64,000 nt of DNA from an uncultured delta proteobacterium (GCA_963845145.1 CAWJQU010000015.1:41858-105857); one strand, 5' to 3'. Shown: positions 50,916 to 63,338, counted from the first letter of the stretch. Numbers and translations: made by a program. Notes: generated by a model not told the origin, from the letters alone.

Positions 50916-51476
50916 TCAGCGCAACGACTGGTACCGTTTCGTCAGCTCTTCACGTGTGACGATGGCGGAAACCTCCGGAACCACTTTGCGGATATTGTCC
51001 AGCCCCCCTTCCTGACGATCCACCAAAACCACGGCTTTAACCACGTGTAACCCTTCGGCTATCGACCGCTCGACAGCTTGAATGGTTGACCCGCCTGTGG
51101 TGGCGACATCGTCGATGATCACTACCGGATCACCCGGTTTCAAATCCCCTTCAATCCATTTGGCTATGCCATGGTCTTTTTTGGTTTTTCGGATCGAAAA
51201 TGCCTTAAGGGGTTTTTGTTTGAGTTCAGAAACAAAAGCCGTTGCCATGGCAATGGGGTCGGCGCCGAATGTCATTCCACCAACACCGGCCACATCAAGA
51301 TCCTTAATGGCGTCGAATACGAGGTGGCCGACCAGATACATGCCACGAGGATGGAGGATGGTGGGCTTACAGTTGACGTAGTATTGGCTGCTACGACCGG
51401 AAACCAGCTTAAAGATGGCTTCATCGGCGTATTGGAAAGATTTTTCACATAACAGCTGAATAAGTTCCGCCTTCAT
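50916..51476 (-). CDS. pyrE: Orotate phosphoribosyltransferase
   Basis: [42 protein letters not shown]. Confidence 0.95.
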   Translation of the reverse strand: MKAELIQLLCEKSFQYADEAIFKLVSGRSSQYYVNCKPTILHPRGMYLVGHLVFDAIKDLDVAGVGGMTFGADPIAMATAFVSELKQKPLKAFSIRKTKKDHGIAKWIEGDLKPGDPVVIIDDVATTGGSTIQAVERSIAEGLHVVKAVVLVDRQEGGLDNIRKVVPEVSAIVTREELTKRYQSLR

Positions 51477-51763
51477 TGATATATCTCCCTTGAAAAAAGA
51501 GTTCGCCAACATTTGAAAAGCCTCCATTGACCTGGAAGAAGCCGAATTGGAATTAATCAATGGAGGCCCCGGTCAAGGAAAACCAGGGGAGGCACTCCCC
51601 GACCCGGTGATTGCCTATCAATTAAAGCGGTGATGGTCAATATGGTTTTCATATTCGCGTTTGCATAAGCAATAAAGATTGCTTAATGTGCGTAGAAGCG
51701 TTAGAAATAAAATTTTTTTGATTTATTTTAAAAACCATCGGCCCGATCGAAGGGAGAAATCAA

Positions 51764-53113
51764 ATGGCCAAGATCAAATTCGTTTCAAAAAAGGCGATCC
51801 TTTTTATCGTTTTCGCCATCGGGTTCTGGGCCCTTGGCGCCGGCTCCTATCATGGCTTGTCCGCTGCTGACAGTGAAACCTATAAAGGGTTGAAATTATT
51901 TTCAGAAGTCATCGAACTTGTGGAAAAAAACTATATCGATGACGTGGATGCCAAAAAAATGATCGAGGATGCGATTCAGGGCTTGGTTCACGGCCTGGAT
52001 CCCCACTCCACCCTGCTGACACCGGAAGAATTTAAAGAAATGCAAATCGATACCAAAGGCGAATTTACCGGTATCGGCATTCACATCAGTATGCGGGATG
52101 GCTTGATCACCGTCGTGGCTCCTATCGAAGGTACCCCTGCGCACACGGCGGGTATCCTAAGCGGCGACCGAATCATTAAAGTCAACGGTGAAGCCGTCAA
52201 GGATCTGCGCGAAGCCGTCAATTTGATTCGTGGCCCTCAGGGCACCGAAGTCGTGATATCCATCGTGCGCAAAAACGAGAAGGATCCCATTGATTATAAT
52301 ATCGTCCGCGATGTCATCCCTATTCAAAGTGTTCGCTCCCTGGAACTGCAGCCCGGGTACGGTTACATTCGGGTCACCAATTTCAGAGAAAACACGACCG
52401 AGGATCTTAAAGCCGCCCTGGAAACGCTTGACAAGGAGACCACGCCCATAGTGGGACTGGTTCTGGATCTTAGGGATAACCCAGGCGGTTTGTTGAGCCA
52501 GGCAATCGATGTGGCTGACCTGTTTTTGGTCGACGGCAACATTCTTTCGATTAAGGGCCGCGAAGGAAAAAATACGCGGGAGTTCAAGGCCCGTTTGGAC
52601 GGCCACGAAAAGCCATACCCTATCGTCGTGTTAATCAATGGCGGTAGCGCGAGTGCTTCAGAGATTGTGGCCGGGGCTCTGCAGGACCAGAAGCGGGCCC
52701 TGATTTTGGGGACAAATTCTTTCGGTAAAGGGTCTGTTCAGAACTTAGAGCGCCTAATGGAGGGATACGGGTTGAAGCTGACGGTGGCCCGATACTATAC
52801 CCCGAGCGGCCGTTCGATCCAGGCCAAAGGAATCAAGCCGGATATCGTGGTGGCCGAAGTCTCCCAATTGGCGGCCGCGACAGACCCGGAAAACCGCCGG
52901 CGACCCAAGGAAAAAGATCTGGAAAATCATCTTGATGCCGAACCTGACAAAAAGGGAGAGAAGAAAAAAGAAGATTCCAGCGATAAAAAGCCATCCGGTG
53001 AAGCCGTTGATTTAAGAGTAGGGCCGCCCACAGCCGAAAAATTAAAGGCCGATAACCAGGTTATGCGCGCCCTGGAAATCCTGATTGGCCACAACCTTTT
53101 CTCCAAATCATAA
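51764..53113 (+). CDS. ctpA: S41 carboxyl-terminal processing protease
   Basis: LDPHS; PDZ; DLRDNPGG; SASASEIVAGALQD; FGKGSVQ; YYTPSGRSIQ. Confidence 0.94.
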   Translation: MAKIKFVSKKAILFIVFAIGFWALGAGSYHGLSAADSETYKGLKLFSEVIELVEKNYIDDVDAKKMIEDAIQGLVHGLDPHSTLLTPEEFKEMQIDTKGEFTGIGIHISMRDGLITVVAPIEGTPAHTAGILSGDRIIKVNGEAVKDLREAVNLIRGPQGTEVVISIVRKNEKDPIDYNIVRDVIPIQSVRSLELQPGYGYIRVTNFRENTTEDLKAALETLDKETTPIVGLVLDLRDNPGGLLSQAIDVADLFLVDGNILSIKGREGKNTREFKARLDGHEKPYPIVVLINGGSASASEIVAGALQDQKRALILGTNSFGKGSVQNLERLMEGYGLKLTVARYYTPSGRSIQAKGIKPDIVVAEVSQLAAATDPENRRRPKEKDLENHLDAEPDKKGEKKKEDSSDKKPSGEAVDLRVGPPTAEKLKADNQVMRALEILIGHNLFSKS

Positions 53114-53198
53114 ACCGATGAGCCACTTTCAAAACGTTTCAGTTTATACAAGGTCAATGATAGTGGCTCCGATGACGATCATATAACCGTTACCCATA

Positions 53199-54329
53199 AT
53201 GGCGCCCAAACGTAAACGGAAAAAAAAACAACCGGCCCGGTATAAAACCCGATCGGCAAGAATACGACCCAAGCACTCACATCTGATCCGTTCCGTCCTC
53301 AGCCTGGTCATCTTACTGGTTTTGGTACTTGCGGCCGGTGTGATGGCCCGGCATCTGCTTGATGGAAAAACGCCATTACAGCATGGCGTTTCCGCTTCCA
53401 ACCCTCCGCAAATCAACCGCATAAATACGCCGGCGGAGACACCTCTTTTCCCGAAAATCAACCACATAAACATGTCTGCAGAGGCACCTCTTTTCGAAGT
53501 GTTTCCGAAAATAGAAGGATTACCTCTCGTTGATCTGCATAAGGACACCGAGCAAGATCGTGACCAGCCCTTGCGGCAAGAAAAAGATATTTTAATGGCC
53601 AGCAGGGTAGCGCCCGTCCCAGTGCCCACCAAACCGACGACAAAGCCGACGAAATCCGGTTTACCGAAAGTGGCCATCATCATCGATGATATCGGCTATG
53701 ACCCCCGGGTTGTCGATCTTTTTTTATCCATTGATGTCCCTTTAACTTTTTCCGTTTTGCCGTTTTCACCCTTTCAAAAAAAAACGGCCAGAAAGATTCA
53801 AGCGCAACAGCATGAACTCATGCTGCACCTTCCCATGGAACCGGTCGAATACCCTAAAGTCAATCCCGGTCCTGGAGCACTATTGTCCGCCATGACATCA
53901 AGACAAATCACCAACCAGTTAATCCAGGCACTTGATACCATTCCTGGTGCCGTTGGCGTAAACAACCACATGGGCTCCCGACTGACGACCGACACAGACC
54001 ACATGTACCGAATTCTGAAGATTCTCAAGAGAAGAGGATTGTATTTCATCGACAGTCGAACATCTTACCAGTCCGTATCACGCGAACTCGCCCGCAGTCT
54101 CAAGCTGCCCTTTGCCCAACGAAGAATATTTCTAGATAATGAGACGGAACAGGAAAAGATTACCATTCAGTTTAAAAAGTTGATTCGATCTGCCCGAAAA
54201 AATGGAGAGGCCGTGGGCATCGCCCACCCACATGAAGAAACCTTCCGGGTTCTAGCCCGCGAATTGCCGCGATTAAATCGGCAAATCCACTTCGTCCCCG
54301 CCTCGGAAATCGTCCATATTCTTGGATAG
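53199..54329 (+). CDS. Divergent polysaccharide deacetylase (YibQ-like)
   Basis: AIIIDDIG; LHLPMEP; GVNNHMGS; FIDSRT; GIAHP. Confidence 0.92.
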   Translation: MAPKRKRKKKQPARYKTRSARIRPKHSHLIRSVLSLVILLVLVLAAGVMARHLLDGKTPLQHGVSASNPPQINRINTPAETPLFPKINHINMSAEAPLFEVFPKIEGLPLVDLHKDTEQDRDQPLRQEKDILMASRVAPVPVPTKPTTKPTKSGLPKVAIIIDDIGYDPRVVDLFLSIDVPLTFSVLPFSPFQKKTARKIQAQQHELMLHLPMEPVEYPKVNPGPGALLSAMTSRQITNQLIQALDTIPGAVGVNNHMGSRLTTDTDHMYRILKILKRRGLYFIDSRTSYQSVSRELARSLKLPFAQRRIFLDNETEQEKITIQFKKLIRSARKNGEAVGIAHPHEETFRVLARELPRLNRQIHFVPASEIVHILG

Positions 54330-54439
54330 CCCCCGAATAGCCAGCCATATACCCGGCCATATTGTTAGGGCAAAAGCCGGAGAGCATGGGAAAACATTGC
54401 GTTGTCTAAAAAAACATAAAAATAATAAATAATTTCGAA

Positions 54440-54955
54440 TCAGGCCTCTGCCGGACGTTCCTGCCCCACGATACGGCTAATAGCGGCGTAAGCAATGCGA
54501 CCGCCGGCAATTCCACCGCCGGCCTGAATAAAGTTAGGAATCAGTTCCGCCACCGCACCTTGAAGGCCGATGTTCGGCATCAGGGTCTCAGCTATAAAAT
54601 AGACAGCCACCATGGACGCGCCCCCCAGAATCAGGCAAACCCAGTGCATCGCCTTGATTCGTCCTTGAGCCAAAGCCGCCAAAGCACCTTCAGCCCCCTT
54701 GGCCACCAGGGTAATGGGGGCAAAAAGGCCAAACCCACCAATGATATCCGCCAGAGCCGACCCGATGCCACCAGCTGCCGCCCCCCAAATAAAGCCATAA
54801 CGCCCCCCAAGCAGACCCAGAAGCAATCCGGAAAAAATGACCGCCACATCCCCGAAGTTAAAATAACCGCGACTCGGCAAGGGCACTCGAATGAAAAGGG
54901 TTGTCAGGGTGATAACGGCTATCAATGCCAGAAAGGCAATTTTCAAATTTCGCAT
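54440..54955 (-). CDS. ECF transporter S component
   Basis: IRVPLPSRGYFNFGDVAV; GIGSALADI; APITLVAKGAEG. Confidence 0.88.
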   Translation of the reverse strand: MRNLKIAFLALIAVITLTTLFIRVPLPSRGYFNFGDVAVIFSGLLLGLLGGRYGFIWGAAAGGIGSALADIIGGFGLFAPITLVAKGAEGALAALAQGRIKAMHWVCLILGGASMVAVYFIAETLMPNIGLQGAVAELIPNFIQAGGGIAGGRIAYAAISRIVGQERPAEA

Positions 54956-55061
54956 GTCAGTTTCCTCCCCCAGGCCAAATGGCCCGGCGTTTTTTTTAAT
55001 GGTCTTTTTTCCAATCAAGCGTTTTGGTCCCAGTTAAGCGCTTCGATCCCAGTTAAGCGCT

Positions 55062-55679
55062 TCAATCAGGGGGTCGGGTAAGAAAGTGGGCCCGATTCTC
55101 CATGACCAACCGAGAATTTTCAATCTCCTCATAAAGATATAGATATAAAGCGATGATCAAACACGCATATTTTTGTAACAACCGTCCTGATATCAGGCGA
55201 AATCCCTGACGCCCGGGCGGTTCCTGGTAAGTTTGCAGGTACCACTTAAAACGCGCCATGACCCGCCCCCCTTTGGAGAAAGCGGCCTTGAAAGTAATCA
55301 AGTCTATCCGGTGGACCATGGAAATGGGCAGGCGCAATAGATCCAAATAAGTGATAAAATTAAGTAGAATTTTTAGAAAAATCAAGGAGCTCGGAAAGAT
55401 AAGGATCTTGATCAATGAGTCCTGCATCCAATCATCGCGGCCCAAAAATCGCGTCAGGTGAAATAGGCCTCCAAACCCAAGCAAGGTCAGGATAAAAGGG
55501 ATGCAAAATTTAATCAGCCCCCAGGTCTCCCTTGGAGAAGTGAACCATAGTGCGCCCAGAACATTCAATATAAGCAGAACGATTTGCACATCCACGCGGC
55601 TATAAAAGGGTCCGAAGACAAAAATCCCAAAAAAAGCGCCGATGGCCAAAATAATCAGGGACAGTTTTACGACAGCCAC
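55062..55679 (-). CDS. Membrane protein, probable divergent ECF T component
   Basis: Several TM helices; ITYLDLLRLP; C-terminal MENR reminiscent of the EcfT x-R-x motif; position in the operon. Confidence 0.55.
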   Translation of the reverse strand: MAVVKLSLIILAIGAFFGIFVFGPFYSRVDVQIVLLILNVLGALWFTSPRETWGLIKFCIPFILTLLGFGGLFHLTRFLGRDDWMQDSLIKILIFPSSLIFLKILLNFITYLDLLRLPISMVHRIDLITFKAAFSKGGRVMARFKWYLQTYQEPPGRQGFRLISGRLLQKYACLIIALYLYLYEEIENSRLVMENRAHFLTRPPD

Positions 55680-56206
55680 GATTCGGTCTCCTCGATGGTT
55701 ACCGGCAACATTGGACCGACCGTGTCACCCCCACGAAAAGTGAGAATTCGTGTCCGGAAATTATCTCCCGGTTTAACAGGATGATCCGCATGGGAAACAA
55801 TAATATAGGTACGGATGAAGTCACGACTGATTTTAAAGAGATGCCGGGTATCCGCCGGGTACTTGTCAAACTCATCCAAAATACACACCTGCGTATGACG
55901 GTTCTGGCCTATCCATCGTGTAAGAATTTCCGGAACGGTTTCGGGGACGTTTTCTTTTGCAGTTACTGCCAATAAGGCTTTAAGGGTATATAATTGGGTC
56001 CGAAAATCCTGCCCTAAGTATATAAAGGGCACGTGTTGTTCTTTTAAGGCGGGAATCAGGATCTTTTCGATAAAAGAGGTTTTCCCCAACCCGTTTACAC
56101 CTGTCAGATAAAGACAAGTGGGTGACGCACCAAGTTCCAGGTTGTGGGATAGACATAAACGTAAGTGATGCTTTTTTAGGGGGTAGTTGCCTTTTTCTAC
56201 TCGCAT
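55667..56206 (-). CDS. Short ABC-type ATPase (Walker A/B, no signature)
   Basis: GVNGLGKT; YLGQD; CILDEFD; IIVSH. Confidence 0.7.
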   Translation of the reverse strand: MRVEKGNYPLKKHHLRLCLSHNLELGASPTCLYLTGVNGLGKTSFIEKILIPALKEQHVPFIYLGQDFRTQLYTLKALLAVTAKENVPETVPEILTRWIGQNRHTQVCILDEFDKYPADTRHLFKISRDFIRTYIIVSHADHPVKPGDNFRTRILTFRGGDTVGPMLPVTIEETESWLS

Positions 56207-56640
56207 GCGTCCATCGCGACTTTTTTAATTTGGCTATCCTGCATTCGGTACACCCCCACCGGGTGAGTTTGGGCGGCAAGTTCAAATTGCCGACACAATC
56301 GTCTTCTATTTTCACGACTGACCGACTCCAACACGCCGCACAATAGCACTTGAATTTCTTTCACATCGAGGGCGCGAACCAGGGATAGGATCAACAGGCA
56401 GGCCAAGATCGCCTGTTCTCCTCCGGAATAAGTGACCAGTTCCCGATCCGGCGTCACCCCTCGGATATTGAACGCTTCTGCACTCCGGCTCACATGAGCC
56501 AAAAGGTCCGCATCCTCCCGTTGGAGATAGAGCCACATCTCTTCTCTAAGGCTCGCTGCGACAAACAGGCAATTGACGTCCAAAATCAGATACGACCGTC
56601 CCAGCCGATTAAGCGTATGTTGTAAGCGCGACAGTAACAT
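56197..56640 (-). CDS. ABC ATPase fragment-like protein (signature only)
   Basis: LVTYSGGEQAIL; degenerate Walker B region VLLCGVLESVS; no Walker A. Confidence 0.6.
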   Translation of the reverse strand: MLLSRLQHTLNRLGRSYLILDVNCLFVAASLREEMWLYLQREDADLLAHVSRSAEAFNIRGVTPDRELVTYSGGEQAILACLLILSLVRALDVKEIQVLLCGVLESVSRENRRRLCRQFELAAQTHPVGVYRMQDSQIKKVAMDACE

Positions 56641-57107
56641 TATGGCTTGAGATCGGCCAGATGAGGGAGGATTCGATGGATGTGATGGTCAATCACTCTA
56701 AATGTCTTGCGGTACACCCGTAGTGAACGACCGATAGGATCGCGAACGGCGCTACGCCAACGGCCCTCTTCCGGCCATTTGGCCAACAGAAATACTTTCT
56801 CTTTAATCAATGGCGCCAATAGCCGCAGATGGTTTTGGTGGTACGGTTCCATGGCAAGGATAACGGTTGCCCGATGCAACTCATCGGGTTGCAGAGCCCG
56901 CGAACGATGGGATGAGATATCAACACCATTTTCTGCACACACTGCCACCGCATGGTCGGATGCCGGCTGGCCGTCGAGCATTTGAACCCCCATGGATGTC
57001 GCCACCAGCCGGACGCCGCCCGGATTTTTCCAGTGATGATTCAACAAGCCCTCGGCCATGGGGCTGCGGCATACATTGGCCGTACATACAAAGACGACAT
57101 GAATCAT
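56640..57107 (-). CDS. Low-molecular-weight protein tyrosine/arginine phosphatase
   Basis: VCTANVCRSPMAE; DISSHRSR; DPIG. Confidence 0.93.
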   Translation of the reverse strand: MIHVVFVCTANVCRSPMAEGLLNHHWKNPGGVRLVATSMGVQMLDGQPASDHAVAVCAENGVDISSHRSRALQPDELHRATVILAMEPYHQNHLRLLAPLIKEKVFLLAKWPEEGRWRSAVRDPIGRSLRVYRKTFRVIDHHIHRILPHLADLKP

Positions 57108-59218
57108 CCGGAGCCCCGATTATTTCGCCCCAGATTATTGAGCACCAGGGTGATGGGTCGAGACTCTTCGCCCGCACCTGCATAGGAAATGGGACCCGGC
57201 ACACGGTAATCGTCATCACCGGCAACGGCTGCCAGCCACTTTTCGCGACAGGCTTGAACCACCTGAAAAGCCGGTGATTTAAGATCCACCAAACTTTTTT
57301 CTAAAACCAGGGCGAGTTTGCCTTTGCGCTCCTCCAGATGCATCAAAGGCGCAATGGGAATACCGATGGGCAGCCATTTCGAAAATTCTTTTTCCAGGTT
57401 CATGATTGCCGCCATCTGCCCGGTAGCACCATTTACGATTAGGCTAAATACCGTTTTACCAAGATTGTATGTATATCGGCAATCAAATTCCGTGGGGCTG
57501 CTGCCCCGTCCGTCGTAACCATAAAAATGGGTTTGGGTTTTGAATTTGGGGACCGATTTTTCATATATTCTCTCCAAGACCTTGGGAAGCGCGGCACCTT
57601 CTTTAATGAGTTTAGCCCTTTCAACGGCCTGTCGAAGGGTCTTTTTAGAAATAATGTCCGATCGCACCAACAAATACTCCGCTTCTTCGTTGTAATTGGA
57701 AAAAATGACCGAACCAAATTGGGTCGAATCCACCCCATCTCTTTCAAACAGATCGGCAAAATAATCTCTCCGGATGCCCAGCTTATAAATGCCCTTTTCC
57801 CGAAGCACGGCAAGATGATCTTGTACCATCCCCATAATCACCTTATCCGTCTCCACCAAAGAGAATTGAAAATTGCCGTGAGAGTCCCGCTCCGTGAACA
57901 AGCCCTCCTGAAAAAACGGTGGTATATCATTGAATAGCTCATCGTCATGAGCATTCCAAATGTTGATGCCGCCACGGGATCGCAGCCGACGAGCCAATTC
58001 ACGTAGATAGTCGAGTTTGTCCTGCAGCCGGGGATACTGGTGATGAAAATCCTGGTCATGGGTTTTGTTATAGTCGGCAATAATGGTATTGAGTTTAATA
58101 ATAAACACTTGAATTTCATTTATAAATTCGAGAACCCCTTCGGGGATCACCAGCACACCGCAATTTTTTCCCACCGCTGCCCGCCGAACAACGCCGTCAC
58201 AAATAACCCGGGACAGGTGTCGCAGCGTCATACCATACGCACTAAATTTACCGCGACCGGTTGTCGCAGCCGCGGCCATTTTATCTTTCTCAACATATTC
58301 GGCCAGGTCTTCCCCGATCAAGGTCATGTTGGCATGGGTCTGCAACGCCACTTCCAGCGCAAGATGACTGGCCGACCGTCCCATCACTTTGCAAATATGC
58401 CAGTATTTCATGTCCGAATTACAGTCGGTACATAGATTGCTGATCTCCTGCGAAAACGCCCGGGCGGCTGTATGAAACCCGAAAGACATGGCGCATAAAA
58501 CACGACCGTCGGCGTCACGCACCTGAACATCACCGTCAATGGTTTTCGGGACACCGATCACCTGAATACCGTCAGCCGCCATTTCCTGGGCTAAAAACGC
58601 CGCGTTTGTATTGGAATCATCTCCCCCAACAACCACGAGAGCATCCAGGCCAAGCTTTTTGCAGGTATCCCGGGACAGAGTCATTTTTTCAGCGGTATCG
58701 ATTTTGGTGCGGCCGGTTTTAATCATGCCGAAACCACCTAAATTACGATAGCGATCCACACGCTGCTCGGTAATCTCCGTGACCTGATTATCGATAATGC
58801 CATCGGGTCCCATCAGAAACCCTAAAACCCGATTTTCGGGATTGGCCGCCCGAGCAGCATCGAAAAGGGCTGCGATGACGTTATGCCCGCCAGGTGCCGG
58901 GCCACCGGAGAAAACAATGCCAATGGTCCGTTCGGCGGTGATGGTTCTTCAGATCCGTTTCACTCGGCGATTCATCGCTTCTCGATCCGCAGCAATGTGT
59001 TCTTAACCATATCCGGCAGCAGTTTTTCAGCCTCCTTGTCCACCGTAAAACGAAAACCCAGATCCGCAATGTATGGGTAACCCCCGTCGTAAAAACAGTA
59101 CATCGGGCGGATGGTATGCCCGCCGTTCATCCAAAGCCGCATTGGATGCCGTGATCACTTCGGCAACCTCTTTTTGAGTTAAAAAATCATCCAGTTTTGT
59201 TCCGTTGATATCCGCCAT
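57104..59218 (-). CDS. pfp: PPi-dependent phosphofructokinase (long form), 5' part frameshifted
   Basis: IGIVFSGGPAPGGHNVIA; GGDDSNTNA (PPi-type Asp); GVPKTIDGD; VMGRSASH; GYDGRGS. Confidence 0.88.
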
Positions 59219-59688
59219 CTTTGCTCTCCTGCAGAATCGGTGTTAGCCGCGTTTTCCACCGATAACCCCTTCTCAACATTTAGGGTTTTTCGAATGCCAC
59301 TTTTGTTACCCCTTATGAATGTACATGAATTAATAACCCCTTACCATCAGTGTCAAGAGGAAACTCAACCTGCCCGTATCCATATAACAGAATGCCTTGG
59401 CGGCCCATATTGCCATAATTTCCCATATATTGTACTATTTAACAGTTAATCCACATCCTGTTGTGTTTTTTCTTTACAAATAAATCATATATTGGTATGG
59501 ATCGCCGAAAATTGAACCGGACGTTCAATGCAGGTTAAACTGACTATTCATTGCCTCATTTCGACATTACCCGGGCAAACAACCATGAAATTCGAGACCA
59601 TGGTTTCGGCTCAAGGGATTCTTGGCATTTTCGCGAGAAAGTCGATTCGTGGGCTTGTTTTACGAGTAATAATAAATAAGGATTTGGC

Positions 59689-62600
59689 ATGAGGCTTAAA
59701 CGGCTTGAAATTACCGGATTTAAATCGTTTTATGATAGATCCCGCCTTGATTTTCCTTCGGGAATTACGGCGATTGTGGGGCCCAATGGTTGTGGAAAAA
59801 GTAACATTGTCGATGCAATGCGCTGGGTGATGGGGGAACAAAGCGTCAAACAACTGCGCGGAAAATCAATGGAGGACGTGATTTTTTCCGGTACCAATGG
59901 CACTGCCCCGTTAAACATGGCCGAAGTCAATCTGATTATGCACAATGATAACGGTTCCGCACCGGAAGAGTTGCGCGATTATACTGAAATCATGCTTACC
60001 CGGCGGCTCTATCGTTCAGGTGAAAGCGCGTATCTTCTCAATAAACAACCGTGTCGCTTAAAGGATATTCGCAATGTGTTTCTCGGTAGCGGCTTGGGAA
60101 CCCGGTCATACGCCACCATTCAGCAGGGAAATATCGGCACCATCACCGAAGCCAAGCCCGAGGAAAGGCGATACTTTGTCGAGGAAGCCGCCGGTACCAC
60201 ACGGTTTAAGACGCGCAAGGTGGAAGCCCTTCGAAAAATTAAAGCCACGAAACGAAACCTTTTGAGTTTGGACGATCTGCTGGTTGAGATTAAGCGTCAG
60301 ATGAACAGCCTTAAACGCCAGGCCGGCAAAGCGAAACGGTTTAAAAAATTCCGCGCCCGGGCGCGCAGCCTCGATATCCGCTTCAATCTTCAGCGCTACA
60401 ACGACCACGAACACAAAATCACCGAAACCGAGAAAATGCTCGATGAGCTGAAAAATGCCGAAAGTTCCCAGGTGTTTTCCATCAAAAAAATTGATGCCGC
60501 GATAGAAGAAATCAAACTTAACCGCCAACAAAAAAACCACCAGATCTCCGATCAAAAATCGAAAAGGTTCGAACTCCAACGAACCATTGATCGAAGTGAA
60601 AATACTCGGACCCATTTAACCCAGGAGTCCGACCGGCTGGCCGATGAAATCACATCCCTGGAGTCGGCCAACAACACATTGAATGAAAAAACCAATCAAC
60701 TTCGTTCCGAGATCGAACAGGCTCAGTCCCAGATTACACAACTGGATGAAAAAATTACCGGCATAGAGAAGACCATCCAGTCCGAACGGAATGCCACCGA
60801 ATCGGTACGTCGGGAACTCGATACTTTAAAACAAGCCCTGGAAACGGCAAAAACCGATCTGATGGATCAAATCGCCCAGGAAACCCGCTATAAAAATATT
60901 CACCAACATGCATCCAACAACAAGGAAAATCTTCAGCACCGATTAAAAACAAAGGCCGAAGAAGCACATTTGGCGCAAAAAGATTGCGACCGGTGCCGTC
61001 AAGAAAAAACCGTTGCCCAAGAGCAATTGAAATCCCTGAAGCAACAGCACGCCGAAGTCGATATCGAAATTGAGACCATTCGAAAACCCTAGATGCGAAA
61101 ACCGCCGCACTAGCACAAGCGCTGAAAAAGATTCAGGCCCTTAAACAAGAGCAGGGGCAAATCGGTTCCCGCCATATGGCCTTAAAAAAGATGGAGGCCA
61201 ATTTCGAATGGTATCGTGATGGCGTTAAAGCCATCATGGCTTTAAAAAATCAACCGGCAACTGATCAGCATGGCACCGCAAAAGAGACCGCCAAAGAACT
61301 AACGGCCGGCATCGTCGCACTAACCGCAGATGTCATCGTTCCCGACCCATCTTATGAAATCGCGGTTGAAGCCGTGCTGGGTGATGCCCTTCAATACGTG
61401 CTCGTCGACGATCAAAAAAGCGCCCTTAAGGCCATCGATTATTTGAAAGACACCAAAGCCGGCAGGGGCGGTTTTATTCCCATCAATGGTTTAAAGCCTG
61501 CCGATCCGGAGACGCCCAACGCGTCGGATTTCCAGCCATTGCTCAATTTTGTCACGGTAAATAATCCATATAAAGACATCGCCCAATATTTACTGGGAAA
61601 CGTGGATGTTGCCGACGACTTGGACGAAGCGCTAAAATATTTTAATCAAACCCAAACGAATCGGACCATTGTCACCCGGGCCGGGGATATCGTTTCCAGT
61701 CGGGGCGTACTCATCGGTGGCGGCAGTGACTCCCTTGGTGGAATTCTTGCAAAAAAGCAGGAGATCAAACAACTCGGCAAACAACTTTCTGATCTGGAAC
61801 AAGAAATCACATCGGCCCAATCTATCCAAACTGAAATTGAAAATGAGGTAAAAACAGTTGAAAACCAGTTGCAAAAACACATTGTAACCAAAAACCGGAT
61901 TGCCGAGGACAAAACAGAGGCCGAAAAAACACTTTTCAAAGCTGAGGAAGCACTTAAAAGCGCCCAACGCCAGTTTGAGATCGTCCAGTTGGAGCAGGAA
62001 CAATTGCTCGGTGAGGATGCCGATCTGGATGAGGAACTTAGCAAGTACGACCTTGCCTTGGCGGATGTAACCGAAAAACTAAAAAAGTCCCAAAACACTG
62101 TGGCCAATATGGGCTCGCGCATTAAGACCGGATCAGAGCAAATGGAAAAAATCAACGCCCGTGAGATGGATTTGAAACTTGAGCTCACATCCTTAACCGC
62201 CCAGAGCGAAAATCATCGTAATAGTCTTCGACGGTTGAGCGAATTTCAATCCGACCAGGAAACCCGATATACCCAACTGATCAGTGAAATCGAAACGAAA
62301 ATCAGTAAAAATAATGGGGCTAAGGAAAAAGCTTGGAACTCAAGCAGGCCCTATTAACCATGTATCAACAATTAGAAAATACCGACAATACCATCGAGGC
62401 GGGTGAAAAGGATTACCATATCTTCGATAGCCATCTAAAGGAAAGTGAAGAACAGATCGCCGATATTCGCAGTCACCATGAAAAAACCCAGAAAGAAACA
62501 AGGATGTTGGAAGTCCGGCTGAGCGAACTCACCATCAACCAGAATAATATCGCCGAACGCCTGCAAGAACGCTACCATCAAACCATTTCCGGATTTCGAA

Positions 62601-63312
62601 GAGAGATGGAGGGGGCGGCCCTGGAAAATCCCCATGATCCGGACATGGATTTAAGCCCGGAGGATCTCGCATCGAAGATTGAGACATTGCAACAAAAAAT
62701 CTCCGCCATGGGAGATGTCAACATGAGTGCAATTGACGAGTTTCAAACACTTGAAACCCGATATCAATTCCTCACCAAACAACGTGAAGATTTGGACAGC
62801 GCCATCGAGGGGCTCCACCGTGTCATCCGGAAAATAAATCGGATCACTCAAAAGCGATTTAGTGAAACCTTGGAGTCCATCAACGAACAGCTGAAAATGG
62901 TTTTCCCCAAATTATTTGAAGGCGGTGTTGCCAAGCTGGTTCTAACAGAACCGGACAAGCCTCTCGAAAGCGGCGTTGAATATATGATCCAACCCCCAGG
63001 TAAAAAGTTAACTCGCATGAGCTTATGTCAGGAGGAGAGAAAGCCCTTTCGGCCATCGCATTTGTTTTTTCAATCTTTTTGATCCGCCCCGCTTCTTTTT
63101 GTTTCTTGGACGAAATCGATGCGCCGTTAGATGAAGCCAATGTTTTGCGATTTAATGATTTGATCAAAACTATCGGTGAAAGATCCCAGATTGTAATGAT
63201 CACCCACAATAAAAAAACCATGGAGTTTGCCGAAACACTTTTCGGCGTAACGATGCCGAAAAAAGGTGTGTCAAAAATCGTCTCCGTTAATTTCTCACAG
63301 GCCGAAGCCTGA
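59689..63312 (+). CDS. smc: Chromosome segregation protein SMC, frameshifted near 61090, 62335 and 63025
   Basis: GFKSF; GPNGCGKSN; hinge (GRGGFIP); SGGEKAL; LDEIDAPLDEAN; ITH. Confidence 0.95.
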
Positions 63313-63338
63313 TTATCCCATAAAGAAAGAAAACCCAT

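Noticed and set aside
51480..51610. PyrR-type attenuator upstream of pyrE
   Set aside because: Only short hairpins; the PyrR-binding consensus is not evident
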